Of a stretch of 64,000 nt of DNA, positions 1 through 13,657 are shown piece by piece. Each line of letters begins with the position of its first letter. The first letter of the stretch is position 1. Below the pieces are notes generated by a model. It ran no database searches. It was given only the letters and a program-made list of their open reading frames with translations, and was not told the DNA's origin. The position numbers were made by a program, and so were the translations under genes. The DNA comes from Chrysomallon squamiferum (taxonomy: Eukaryota; Animalia; Mollusca), in contig CM022671.1 of the NCBI GenBank assembly GCA_012295275.1, forward strand, positions 186,001-250,000, read 5' to 3'.

Positions 1-1315
1 CTCATAATGGCTCCAGTAAACATAAAACATATTATATATATCTACTCGTTTTATTATATACCACTCCCTTCACATAACTAAAATGTTTTACCTGCAGTTA
101 CGTGTTTAAATTAGGACATATTGAAATCTGTTACAGTAATTCGTTCTGTTGAGTTTGTGGTCAGTGAAGCTCTGTGGTATGAAGTATGACAGATTGTAGG
201 ATCAGCTCTCTTCAGATAAATAATTTAAATATTTGCTTCAGTTTTCTTTCTCTTTGTGACTATGTTTTGTTTTTTAATAAGAGAATTGAGAACTGTTTGA
301 TGCTAAAACATTATAGTGCATACATATAGACACATACTAACAAAGAAAATAAGAAAATTAGCAATATATGTAATATTATATGTTCAGAAATACTCATGAA
401 CAGAAACACATATGCAGATAAGTAAAATATATTTTCTTGTTACAAGAGTAAATATTATGACACTCACCTGCACATAAATTTAAACAGCTAATCTACAAGT
501 ATAATATCACTTTTCATTTACCTTGACATATTATCCTTGCTGGGAAATAGAATGTGCATAATGTTTCACATGAATATTTAAATGCTGAACAAAACATACT
601 GAATTAATAATTTTCTGAATTATCAAATAACATTGATGAGTTTGTTTATTTTTATTTTTCTATTTTTTGTGTTTTCTTTTTTCTTTGTTGGAAATGAATA
701 ATAATAATAATAATTTACCTTCTGTGTTGCCAGAGGTTTCACTACATTTTGTTAAACAGTGTAACAACTTAGCAGTATTGAAAATAATAACTTGCTTGCT
801 CAAGCCTGCTAAGATATATATTTACTAATGAAGCACACATATCAATTATTAAAGCATGCCTATGATGGGCACACTTTGTGACAATGCTGTCTGTATATCA
901 GTATGAAGCATTTTCAAAAATCAGCTGCTTTATATAGGAGACCTACCTGAGTATGTGTTGTTCCTATTGGTCAGTGAGGAAAAAGCAATTTGTACATACA
1001 TCAATAACCTTTTGTATAAAATACAGATAACAGTCTGCCAGTCACACATGCTAATAACAGCACTGTCCAATCAGGAAAGCTAACGTGTCTGTTACTGTAG
1101 TATATAAAGAGACAGTTCGTGTTTGTCAGTCTTATCTTGTGCATACAAAGTTTATCTGTATTGAATACACCAAATCATTGACTACATTCAATAATGTGTC
1201 CTGTCTTCTCTGTGTTTTACGGTTGGTGAAGGCTTTTTATTCTTTCTTTCTTTTCTTTTTTTTATCTTAAATTAATTTATATTTTATTATCATTATTATT
1301 ATTGTTGTTATTTTC

Positions 1316-1347
<32 letters not shown>

Positions 1348-2400
1348 CACAACAACCAGAACAACCTGGAAATATATCAAGTGTAAGAAATATTTGCAGG
1401 CTGGTACAAAGATAAACAGTGTGAAAATGATACTTGTGTGTGGGTAAAGGTGACTCAGAAACTGCTGTGTGTTGTTTGCATACAGAATAATAAAAATAAG
1501 TCAGAATGTGAACCAAATCAGTGACAGGATATACTGGATACTGCTTGACAATGAGGCATTCGGTTTCAGTGATATCAGTGTTCAGCTAATGGTGTCCAGC
1601 TGGGTGTGAGTGTAGATATACTGCAGCTAGACTGATACATTCTCTTAGATACCTCATTACATAAATAATATTACAGAGATAAATAAACTAGTTTTTTCTG
1701 TGGACATTTATGTAAAGTTTTACAAATGAATTTATTAAATTCAGTTCAGTTTTCAGAGATGTATTTTAAGCAGATAAATATACACTGAGTTTTCATGTAT
1801 GTATGTATGTATTCATTAAGTAATATAGATAAATGTAATACATTCAGTTCAGTTTTTGGACAAAACACTTTTACCTGAGACAAACAAATTAATATACTGA
1901 ATATATATATGTATACACTAAATTATACAGATTAATATATTACTGTTTGATATGTAGACACCAAGTTATATAGATAAATACAATACATTCTATTTGGCTT
2001 TTTTTACATAAGCTGTGCAGATAGATATGCTTAGCTGAGTTTTCTTATGCATATATGCATTACATTATAAAGTTGATCCTATTACTTTCAGTTTCCTGTT
2101 TAGTCGTGTATACTGACATACACAGAGATTTTGTGTCTCTACATACCCTTACTTACAAAGATAAATGTAAGATTTCTACAGATACATGTATAGCCACTTC
2201 AGTATATATATATATATGTATGTACCTCAAAGTATGTGAATAAATGCATTTGAGCTATACATATAAATATGTATATGAGATCAGAGTATGGATATAGCAA
2301 CACAGGTGAATGAATATATTACTGTCACTGTGGCATATGCATTAAGTAATACAAATGAACATACCTTCTGTTTGGGTATTGAGTCATACATAATTTACAG

Positions 2401-2525
2401 TGTTCAATGAGAAACCAGTTCAAAGTGAATAACATTCAGCAGTGTGTGGCTGTTTTTCCTCGTATGAAGAAATAATTGATAAAACACCTACTTTCTCAAC
2501 CCACTTTATTGATTTTGTGCTTCAG
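2401..2525 (+). other. Possible upstream (5' UTR) exon of the MYND-finger gene
   Basis: taatttacag| acceptor at 2400 and ttcag|gtaaat donor at 2525/2526. The frame that would join the 5880 exon contains a TAA, so it would be non-coding. Splice signals only. Confidence 0.25.
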
Positions 2526-3696
2526 GTAAATATGTTAACTGGAGTGTTACAAGGACATATCTGACTGTGGCTTTGTTTATAATTTTAACACAAATGCTAG
2601 ATGCACTAAAAAATTGTGATCAACACAAACTAAATTTCATCTGCACAGCCGGTACTCAATTTGTTTCTTTTTTTTTTCCATATAAAATGGCTGACTGTTT
2701 GTTTCCATAGAGACAATTGTGATTTGCTTATCGTTTCAGATACATTATCTTCGGCTTGAATGACTGAAGTTTATTTCTGGACTCAGTGACTGGAACATAA
2801 TTCATGTAAGCAGAATGAATTTTTATCTTCAGTTGTTTGTTCTTTTCTGTATGTATTAGATTAGTCAGGTTGTGTAATACAGTAATTGTGTAATAAATAT
2901 ATATTTGATAGTAACTAATTAAAAAAAAAAAATACATACCTTAGTTTGTATGAGGTTTCTGACCTGTGTATGAAAGGAATTAATTATTTCTACTCCACTA
3001 CAAATTTATTGATTAGCATGCATGAATTGTGCATGTACAAGTAATTCTCTACCAGGGTCTGTGAAGAAAATTAATCAATATAATTATAATTTGCCTGGTG
3101 AGTCATCAACATTTCAGTGTTGATTTTTAATTTGCATTTTTGTTTTCTTTGTAAGGCCTTGCTTTTTAAAATTAACTACTGTTTATTTTATTTTTTATTT
3201 ATATAACTTAATACTCATAATTTATTTAATAGTAATTATTCTTTGTTTAGCCGTCATTTGACAAGGAGTTAAAAATTAGTTTTTATTACTGAATATGTTT
3301 ATTTATTTATTTATTTATTCAGTCAAATCTATTGTTTATTTTCTTTCAATTAAAAAAGAAAATTGAGCTTGTAATAGTAAACCAGATAGTATAAAAATAG
3401 TTAATGATTAATCAAAAACAAACAATAAATTACTATTTAACTTTTTTTTTTTTTTCACGTTATTTTATTTTATTTATTAATTTTTTTTATTTTTTTTTCA
3501 AAAGATCTTTTTACTTTTAAACAATTTAAATAGAAACCTTACAGGTCAATTTAAACAAACAAAAAAAAACACTACTGAATTGAAAGCTAGCACTTTCATA
3601 AATGAATTTATACATATTATTTTTAGAAATAAAATGATGAATGCGTCAATCTTTTTTAACAAGTGTGATACAAACATCTGTTACCCTCTGACAGCT

Positions 3697-4325
3697 TAAC
3701 ACATTTTCTAGTCCACACATCATGATGATGTTACATTTGTTTACATTTTCTAGTCCACACATCATGATAATGTTACATTTGTTTACATTTTCTAGTCCAC
3801 ACATCATGATAATGTTACATTTGTTTACATTTTCTAGTCCCTACATCATGATAATGTTACATTTGTTTACATTTTCTAGTCCACACATCATGATAATGTT
3901 ACATTTGTTTACATTTTCTAGTCCACACATCATGATAATGTTACATTTTTTAATTTTCTAGTCCATACATCATGATAATGTTACATTTTTTTTTTACATT
4001 TTCTAGTCCACACCATGATAATGTTACATTTGTTTTACATTTTCTATTCCATACATCATAATAATGTTACATTTTTTTACATTTTCTATTCCATACATCA
4101 TGATAATGTTACATTTTGTACATTTTCTATTCCATACCTCATGATAATGTTACATTTTTTACATTTTCTATTCCATACATCATGATGTTACATTTGTTTT
4201 ACATTTTCTAGTCCACACATCATGATAATGTTACATTCTTTTACATTTTCTAGTCCACATATCATGATAATGTTACATTTTTTACATTTTCTAGTCCACA
4301 CATCATGATAATGTTACATTTTTTA
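3697..4325. repeat. 42-bp minisatellite, ~15 copies
   Basis: Unit acattttctagtccacacatcatgataatgttacatttgttt, visible directly; explains the spurious 14-aa repeat ORF 3722..3961. Confidence 0.95.
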
Positions 4326-5102
4326 AGCATCTGTCACGTTTTTTTATATTTCAAGCGCATGACAGGATATGGCCAGTTTATTTATAGTTCATCAAATTAC
4401 GATATCTAGTTCTGCATGAGTTGTGTGCTTGAAGCAAAGTATAAGAGTACTTTCACTAAAACAATACTATTCTGAAGATAAAAACAAAGACAAAAAGACC
4501 AACAACAATAATAATAAAACAAATACCAGCAACAACAGTAGTTTAGCAGATGTTAATGATTGTACATTATCATCACCAACCCACAGAAAGATCTTATTGC
4601 ATGTTTTAAGTGACAAATTCTTAGTAGTAATAATAGAGTTTTTTGCTGTTATTTTATTTTATATCTTAGTTTTAAAAAAATGTTTTTTTTTTCAATGTTT
4701 TGATCACAAAAAAACCTACTACAATACTACTAATTATACTAACAGTATCAACAAACAGCAACAAGAATAAAAATAGCAGTAGTAATAATTGCAATATTTT
4801 TTAAATTGATTTATTTTTTTGTGTAAATAATATACATTGTTGTTATATTTCATTACAGATTACCTCAGAATAAATAAATAAATAAATAAATGTCATATGA
4901 TACAGCATTTTCACATTAAATATGTCTGTGTTGTCTTTTTGTTTAACGTTGATGTGAATAATGAAAATAGTTTCTGTCAGTATGTGAGTTATTCTTGCTG
5001 CCTGAAATCTTTCACAAACACCTTCTCATTGACAGAAAGACATATTATAGCCTTTGATAAAAACAGAGAGCAGTGAGTGGTATGGGACATCAAGCACTGA
5101 AA

Positions 5103-5160
5103 CAGTTAATGTTACAAATAGTTGAAGTTACAAATAGTTAATGTTACAAATAGTTAAAGT
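5103..5160. repeat. 16-bp tandem repeat, ~3.5 copies
   Basis: agttaatgttacaaat / agttgaagttacaaat units. Confidence 0.8.
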
Positions 5161-5879
5161 CTGCAGATGTAATATTTGTATTTTAGAAATAGTCAGATAT
5201 AGATTTGACCTAATTTTTGAGCACTCCTATTGGCCAGTTTTGGAAGACATGTAGATGCCCCTGTAAGTCATGAAATAATGAAGCAAATTCAGAAATGTTC
5301 ATATAACCAATACCATACATCAGATATTATAACAATTTCAGTAATTCTTGATAGCCATGTAAATAAAAATATTAATGAAAATAAAACAGTTTTAGTAACA
5401 CATGATATGTGCTTAATAATATAGGAATTTCTGAGATACTTGATACCCATAAAAACAACTTTATTCATGAAATAATATAACAGGTTTGAATATTTGAGAC
5501 TCATTAAATAATATACCACAAGTTTATGGAATTGGTAATGTATTTTATTAGTTTATGTAATGTTTGGTATTCATGACATTATATACTGTAGAATTATGGA
5601 ATAGCTGGAATTCATGAAATTACTTTACTTTTATTAGCTTTGTGAAATATGTGACAGTCATAAAACATATCTGATATTTTTCTGATATAATTGAAATAAT
5701 TATATATGATAAGTTTGTGGAAAAGATGGTGTATTTTTGAAGTAATATATTTCATATTATAACCACAGACATTTATTGTTTATTCATTCACAGAAAGAAT
5801 GTGAAGTCATTGTTTCTGTAATAGATCACATTCTAAAACATTTAGCAGTATTTTTAATATTTTCTAACTGTTTCTATAG

Positions 5880-5925
5880 GCAACAAGAGCACTACATGCA
5901 AGATGTACTGAATCAAGACCATAAG
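5880..5925 (+). CDS. MYND-finger protein, first visible coding exon (QQEHYMQDVLNQDHK; candidate ATG at 5896)
   Basis: ttctaac branch-like site, tttctatag| acceptor, AAG|gtgatt donor; ends in phase 0 and joins exon 8125 in frame. The true start could lie upstream. Confidence 0.6.
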
Positions 5926-6927
5926 GTGATTTTGAAAAAAATCATTCCTGCTCAATTTTTATCCAAGCTTATTCTTTACATTCCATCTTACCCTTTTAAA
6001 AAAATCAGTCAAAAAATATTTTTACCTATTATGTTGAAGAGAGAAAGAAAAAGATATTTCCAGTACAATTAGTCTGACTTTTTATTGCTCTAAACATTTT
6101 TTGCGTTAACAAAATTCTAGATATAATTTAAGAAATCTTTTAATACATCAGAAATGTTAAGACATTTTTTAATAATTCTAGTTTTAATAATATTTCAAAA
6201 AGCCAAAGGTTTCAGGCATTATTTTTATGTCTGCAAAAATAATGGTAATGGGAGGCAGACTGATTTTTTTTAAAAACAGGTTTTTCAGGATTTGAAGGTT
6301 AAGCCAGTTTAAATATATGCTTGATATTCCTTCTGGTGAAGCTTTCATTTTAAAGTAAAGAATACCTACATTTACAGGGATCGAATTTTATTTATTGTTT
6401 AGGTCAGGGCAAGTGTTTAGTAAAACATGCTAGAGTAAACATTTCATTCAGAGTAAAGGCACCAAGGCAAGTTTTATCAAGTTTCGTGGAAGGTCACTGA
6501 CATTGTTGTCACAAACAACTAATAATAACAACATACTCAAATCCAACAAAAACTTGACAACACCATTAACCTTCTGTGCTTTGTGACTTTTTTTTTTTTT
6601 TTTCTGTCCTGGCATAACATTTCTACTTCACAAATACAGGTACCAGATCATATAAAATGTAAATTTCATCAAACAAACACCAAAAGAACCCCATCATCAA
6701 ATAGAAAATTTTCCAAAATGAATATATAAATTAACATTTTTGTGCTTTCTTAAACAAAACATTTATTTTTGTTAAGCCATGTGACCTGACCCATCCAACA
6801 GAAAAGATTTGTTTTTTTTTTCCATTTGTAAAAAGAAATCTGCTACATATACATCCTTGCTGACACAAAAAATCACATTCATTCCTAATCTGTCAGTGGT
6901 TATAATGGGAAGTATACACTGAGTAGA

Positions 6928-7220
6928 CTGTGTTTTCTCACAGCTCAGTGTGCAGCCTGAACCACTGAATAGACTAAGTGATCCTGTGTTTTCTCACAGC
7001 TCAGTGTGCAGACTGAACCACTGAATAGACTAAGTGATCCTGTGTTTTCTCACAGCTCAGTGTGCAGCCTGAACCACTGAATAGACTAAGTGATCCTGTG
7101 TTTTCTCACAGCTCAGTGTGCAGCCTGAACCACTGAATAGACTAAGTGATCCTGTGTTTTCTCACAGCTCAGTGTGCAGCCTGAACCAGTGAGCTGCAGA
7201 CTGAACCAGTGAGCTGCAGA
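6928..7220. repeat. 56-bp minisatellite (~4.7 copies) followed by a 20-bp duplication
   Basis: Unit ctgtgttttctcacagctcagtgtgcagcctgaaccactgaatagactaagtgatc starting at 6928, 6984, 7040, 7096, 7152. Confidence 0.95.
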
Positions 7221-8124
7221 CCCAACTGATGACAGTCTGCAGACGTCTGAAAGCTTCATGACATTCAGCAACAATCTCAAACATCGTTTTTTTTATCTCT
7301 TATATTAACTGTGATGCAAGAAAGAATTCTGACAAAATATTTCTACAAAAAAAATCATTAAAATGTCAAAGATCCATAGTTTGGTTACTTCTGCACAATG
7401 TATCAATATATTATTCTTCATTTTAAAAAAATAATAATGATTATAAAAAAATTTAGAAAATACAAAAAGATAATAAATAAATAAATAAAATATTTTATTA
7501 GATTATCATCTGAAACATTTTGAAAGAAAAAATAATTTCAAGAACAAATCCAAATAAAACATTTTTTAAAAGTTTTATAACACCTAGTGGAAAACAGATA
7601 TACATGAAAAAAGGTGTAATATACATATTTTATCTACACCCAGGTGGTTATGTATTAGCATACCAGCTGTTAAAAACTTGACAGTTCATAGAAAGATTTG
7701 GTAGAACTTTATTTGATGTTCATCTCTATATTTAATCATTATGTTAATGAAATTAATTCATTTCAGTTCAAACACGAAAAAACTGAATACATTTCAGTTT
7801 TACTATATCAGAATAAAGAATGTGTCGTTATAACATTAATATATGTGTATGTATGTTTATAGATGTAGCAGCAGCATTTGCACTTGGAGTTTTCTGGTTA
7901 AGGTGATCAGTTTTGTATAAAGTCAAATGCTTTGATTTACATTGCATTAGAAATTAGTAGTGTTATTAGAAATAAAAGAAATCAGTATTTTATGAATAAT
8001 AATTAAATTTACCATTAAAAAATAGCAAAAAAAACAAACAGGTAAAAATAAGTAAGGGTAAATTGGAAGGGTAATTTTTTATAATTCCATATTCTTATAG
8101 TTTTCATTCTTTTTGCTATTTAAG

Positions 8125-11100
8125 GGCTGCAACAAAGAACTGTCAGATGAAGAACTGCATCACAGTGGTGACGTAGACCAACAGTGGATGATGCACAGCC
8201 AGCCTGACATGCAGTGCTGTCAGTATGAACGACCACCTTCGTCCGGATTGTACCACTTCGACTCTGACGAACACGACTCAAACTGGCAGACGTCGCAGCG
8301 TTTGTCTCCTTGCAGCTCGCATGTGAATGGAACCACAGAATCTTCACACATTCAGCCAAGCTTCTGGAGCAAAAGTAATACCACTTCTGCTATAACCATG
8401 CCAAAGAAGAAAGATAGCAAAGATGATGCTAAGGTAGTCCATGATGGTAGAAATTACAGTTGGAAAAGACGTGGCCCAAGAGGACCAACACTGAAGGCCA
8501 AAATTCCTTTCAAAGAGTGCAGCAAGAATGCAAAAACTGGGTTCTGGAACGAGGAGGAGGGAGATGCAAGTGATGGAGACAGAGATTACAGAAACAGTGA
8601 ATACAAAAGACCAGTGAAAAGAAAGAAAACAGAAAATGTTCCAGTTGACTTGAGTAGAGAAGTTACATATTTTAAGGATGTCCATGGTAATCCTGCTTAT
8701 TCTCCAGATTCCTCAGTCCTTGCATTCTGTGAAAAAAATCCTGAACTGAAGAAGATTCTGGAGAATAAGCCAGTTGTTGTGCTTGACAGATTATCAGAGA
8801 GGTTTATTACCAAGCAGACCAATAAATCAGGTTCTGCTGTAAGAAGCAGTAATGAATTCAGCTCAGAACATCAACCTTACACCTCATCTGTTTCACTCTG
8901 TTGTTCCTCAAGCATAAATGGAGAAATGGAGAACAAAATTGTTTCAGATTCTTGGTGCCAAACAAATGAACATGATGCACGTTTACAATCAGGTCACACA
9001 ACTTCAAAATCATCCAGCCATATGTATGACAGCAAAACAAATGGTGATAGTGTTCTTGTTGATCCAAAGATCATGTTGTTGTCTAATCCTCTTCAGACTG
9101 CATGCAAAAAAGGCAAAGATGCCTCAAGTGTGACTTTCAAAATGCCAAAGAATCGAGGCATGGTACAGTCAGCCTCCAGTCACAAAAAGAGTCTGCCGAA
9201 AAAACAGATATTTAACTTAGATAAATTAAGAAGTAAGATGAAAGGAACATGTCTGAGCAGTAATTTGAAAAAGTCAGCTTGTTCACAATCAAGTGCAAAT
9301 CCTGCTAGTGATGATTCTGTGGAAAACTGTAGTGATGATGCTGGTGGTGGAAAATCTGTTTCTCATTCCATTGAATCTTTACAAAGTAATTTCAAAGCAA
9401 AGCTTGACTCTCTGTGCATTCCGAATGATATATTTGCTCCTAAGAGCAATACTTCCTGCAGGAAAGAGTTTGATGAGAGTATGATTATAGAGACCCGCAA
9501 TAACAATGACGTAAGTGAACTGTACAGCACTCCCGTGTTAGACAAAATGAAGAAACTCACAGCATCTTTGGTATGTAAAAATACACCAGACAGTGATGTA
9601 GATATTTTACATACGTCTTATGCAAAAGAACATAAATCAAATAAGGCTGAACTGCCTTTGGGAACAAACAAGAAAAATGAGCTTAAAGTAACAATATGTA
9701 GGAAGTTTGTAGAAAATAGCATAAAGTATACATTGTCTCCTGTTTCACTATCACAGTCCTTGTCTGATTCTTCAAAAGAAAAAGTGAAAAATAATAAACA
9801 AATGGATAAAGCTGAAGAAAGTGGAGTAATGTTTGATTTTGTTGCTGAGCAAAATAACAGCAGCATCAAAGCTTCTGATAATTGCCATGGACAATTTAGC
9901 AAAGACTGTAGCTTCAACACCTCACCATTACAGGAACTTAATATTAATACTGATGTCAAATCCAGGGAATCTGATATACAGACATTATTAGAAAATGAAT
10001 TGGCTGACACTCAATTAGAACATGTGGAAAACAGTTTAATTAACAAGATTGATAAACCTGAAATACTGTCTAGGAATGAAGGAAAAAGTTATCTGAATGT
10101 TGAAAAAGATTCAGCAGATGTAGAGGATGGTGAGGTGAAAGATTTGAAAGAAGTAAATGTACTTTCTAATGATGACACTAAGACTGACCATATCACTGCT
10201 GACACAAATGAAAGAAAACTAAAAAAAAATAACTTAAGAGAAAATGATGATAGTAATATTGAGGAAACTGATACAAATGAGAATAAAATTCAGTTTAATC
10301 TGAGTGGATGCAAAATGGATGAACCTAACTGGCTGAAAGTTGATGTTAGAAATGAGCAGGAATTAACCGAGGCTGGTTTCAAAAGAGATGGTGGAAAATC
10401 ATCTGAAGTACGTGTTGATTGTCCTGGTGGGCAGTCCATTCTACAAACTGAAGTAAATGTTTGTGAACAGAAAAATGATGACAAGGCAGAGAGAAAAGAA
10501 ATCACGGAGGCAAATCAAACTGCCTTTGAGAGCAGTGTTACTGAAGCAGATGACTCAGAGATGAATCAGAGAGGGAAAGGTTTGGATTGTGAAAAGAAGA
10601 ATTCTGAGGTGACAAATGAAAGAGACACTGGTGTTGTAATAAATGAAATAAGAGAAACAGTCAACCAGTGTGAGATATATCATGAAGGAATAGATGAAAA
10701 TGTGGGAATAAATGACATGGAACAGAATGAAACAGAATTGGAAAAGAATGAAACAGAAGAATCTAAACTACTTGTTAAAAATGTAGAAGAAAATGAAAGC
10801 ACTGTGTTAGTGGTGCAAGGAAAGCAAATGGATAAAACAGAAACAAAACTGAGTACAGGAGAAGAAACTGAATCAGTTGAAAACAGCGTAGTACATCAGA
10901 AGGAGGAAACAGAAGGTAATAATGATGTTGATGAAAATAACAAAATGGATTTGGAAAGTGATTCTGAGGTTGTGGACAGAAAGCAGATGGAGGATGCGAA
11001 ACATGATGATGAAGCTGAAAAAAAACATAACACAGAGAATGCAGAAAACTGTTTCAGTTGTGAAGACAAAAATGAAATCAAGGTATCAGAAAAACATTTT

Positions 11101-13657
11101 GAGAGATTGGAAAAGGAGAAAAATGTGATTAGCAGTGATGATACAGAGGACACAGAAACTAACTCCAAGGTAGAAGAAATGTGTGAGCAGACTAATGAGA
11201 CTGTTAGTAGTGTGGAAAGAGATGCTGATCACCAGACCGAGGTAACAGTAACTGATGTTACTGACTCTGAGAAATCAATGGAATTTGATAGAGATGGTGA
11301 GGAAAACGTTAGTGACAAGTTAAATCAGTCACAAGTAACTATTGTTCAAGGAGAGGGAATGCTAAATAACAAGTTGGCTGGTTCTCCACTTATGGAAGAT
11401 TGTCCTCCAGAAGTTGACTCAGAAAAGATGACAGACTTAGAAGCTCTTCCTGATGTCAAGGATAAGATAACTGATAAGTCTGATAAGATGGACAGTGTAG
11501 ATGACCATTCTCAAAATCATCCAGATATTTTAGATGGCCAAGCTTCCAGTTGCATGGACACTGTCGATAACCAATCTCCCAAACAAATGGACATTCTGGG
11601 TGATAATACTTCCAGACATGTTGATATTGTAGTTGATCACTCTGTTAGACATACAGACATTGCAGATAGCCATTTTCCTAAGCAAATGGTCACTACAGAT
11701 GATCAGCAAATGGACAATGTAAGTTACAATTCTCCCAAACAAACAGATATTGACCTTTCTTCTTATGAGACAGAAGTTGTAGTTCAACATGCTTCCAATA
11801 ATACAAAAGTGTCCTTAGATCAGAATGAGGCTGAGATGAATTCTATAACAGCCAGTGAAAATACCTCAACATTGTTGCCTCAACAAGCAAAGGACATCAG
11901 CACAGACCAGCAGCAATCAACAAAAGATAAGACAGGTGTTTCTGCTTTTGAATTGCAAAACAGCTCAAATGAAAAAGCAGTGAATGATAAAGATGGAACA
12001 GAAGTGGAGAATATTTTGAGTGGTCAGAAAGAACTCAGTTCTGACTTGTCAGACTTGGTATCATGTCAGGAGGAAGCTGATGGCAGACCTCTCTGTGTCA
12101 TCAGTGCTGTAGAAGGTGCAGCATCAGTAATGTCAGACAAAGAAGATGTGTCACAAGATGAGTGTCCTGAAACAGAAAGCTATAAAAAGCAGGGGGGCAA
12201 TCCAGCAGTCAGTGGTTTCAGCCATGTTTACTCTCCCACTCCACCTCCTCTAATAAATATCAGTACTGGACAGTTGTCTGGAAATGATTCAGATGACAAA
12301 CCACTCCCATTGCTCTGTCCGGTAGCTGTTACTCATAAAAATGAGGTCAATCTGAAGCACGAAAAGAACAAAAAATCATCTTCACATAATAAATTTATTC
12401 TCCCCAAGCCAGAAGAATCAGAAAATGCAAACAGACTGATACCAGGAACACACTGCATAATGAGTATACCTCTTGTCATGAGGACAGAGTCAGACTATAT
12501 AAAAGTGTGCAGTAGTAACAGGGCAGCAGTCCCTTTTTCAAATCCTCAAACTGATAGCTGTAGCCTACCAAATCAGATGCCTGTTACTGTTTCCTCAACT
12601 AATACTTTAAGTCAAGAACCTCAATATATTTGGCCTACAGAATCTCAAAGTTTTGGACATTCAAAGGAGCCTTCTGTTTATGTGAACAGTGAACATTCTA
12701 AGAATAATTTGAATGTCTTGACATTTGCATGTTCTGTAGATCCTGTGAGAAGTCAGTTGAAGGCATCAGATCATTCAAGTCTTGTTGAGACCAGTTTGAA
12801 TAAAGATAATATAGTGAATAAGGATACATCTGAAAATAAAGATAAGAATGTAGTTAAAGATAAAGTTTTGGACAACAGTAATGTTCTGGATAAAGATAAC
12901 ATTCTGAACAAAAATGAGATTTTGGGTAAAAATGATGTCCTAGATAAAGATACAACTGTGGATGATGACAAGATTTTGGATAAAGATAAGGTTCTGGGTG
13001 AACTGAATAGAGGAAGGAATTCCTCTGACACTGATGACAGTGAGGCAACAATGATTTATTGTGATGATGCAGGCATTGTTAAAAAAGACTTGGAAAGTGG
13101 AGTCAAGCCAGTCCACTTAACAAGACTTTCTCAGTCATATAACAGTGATAAAAACATAATAACAGATGACAAGAAATTGACAGAAAACCAAGATACCCTG
13201 AAAGTCACAATCACTGGTTTAAGGAAGAAGCAGAAAATGAAAAAACTTAAAAAACAACAGCATAAGAAATATCTGACTTTTTCAAATGTTTCTGATGACA
13301 AGGGTGGGGAAAATGCAGATGAGGAAAAAGCTCTGACTGATGAACAAACTGACAATAATTCATCAGTTACACCTGTGAAAAATGTCAGAGGAAAAGGTTC
13401 TAAGAAAAAAGCAAGGAAGAGGTCAGAGAATAAATCAAGCCCAAAGATTAAGACAAAGACATTAAAAAAGAGGAAATCTTCTCTTGAAGTGGCTATTGAG
13501 AGATCTTTGAAGGAAAACCATCTACAAACTCCAGACCCTCCGGCTAAAGAGAAGTGTAAACCTGGTAAAAGGAGAAAGACTAAGAAACACTTGTCAAGAC
13601 AGAAGAAAAAAAATCAGAATCAAATGGAGATTGTGATGGATCATGCTGAGGATCTGG
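8125..13657 (+). CDS. MYND-finger protein, giant exon (5533 nt), acidic/Ser/Lys-rich and probably disordered
   Basis: 1878-codon ORF 8113..13749; acceptor ttttgctatttaag|GGC (phase 0); donor CTG G|gtaagc (phase 1). Contains PVDLS, PVVVL and Lys-rich NLS-like clusters. Confidence 0.9.

Noticed and set aside
7222-7262. Hammerhead-ribozyme-like CTGATGA...GAAA
   Set aside because: Stem II lacks the closing pair next to the core, and I could not form stems I and III with a UH cleavage site.
8120-13355. Antisense and alternate-frame ORFs within the giant exon
   Set aside because: Shadow ORFs of the main frame with no recognisable motifs.
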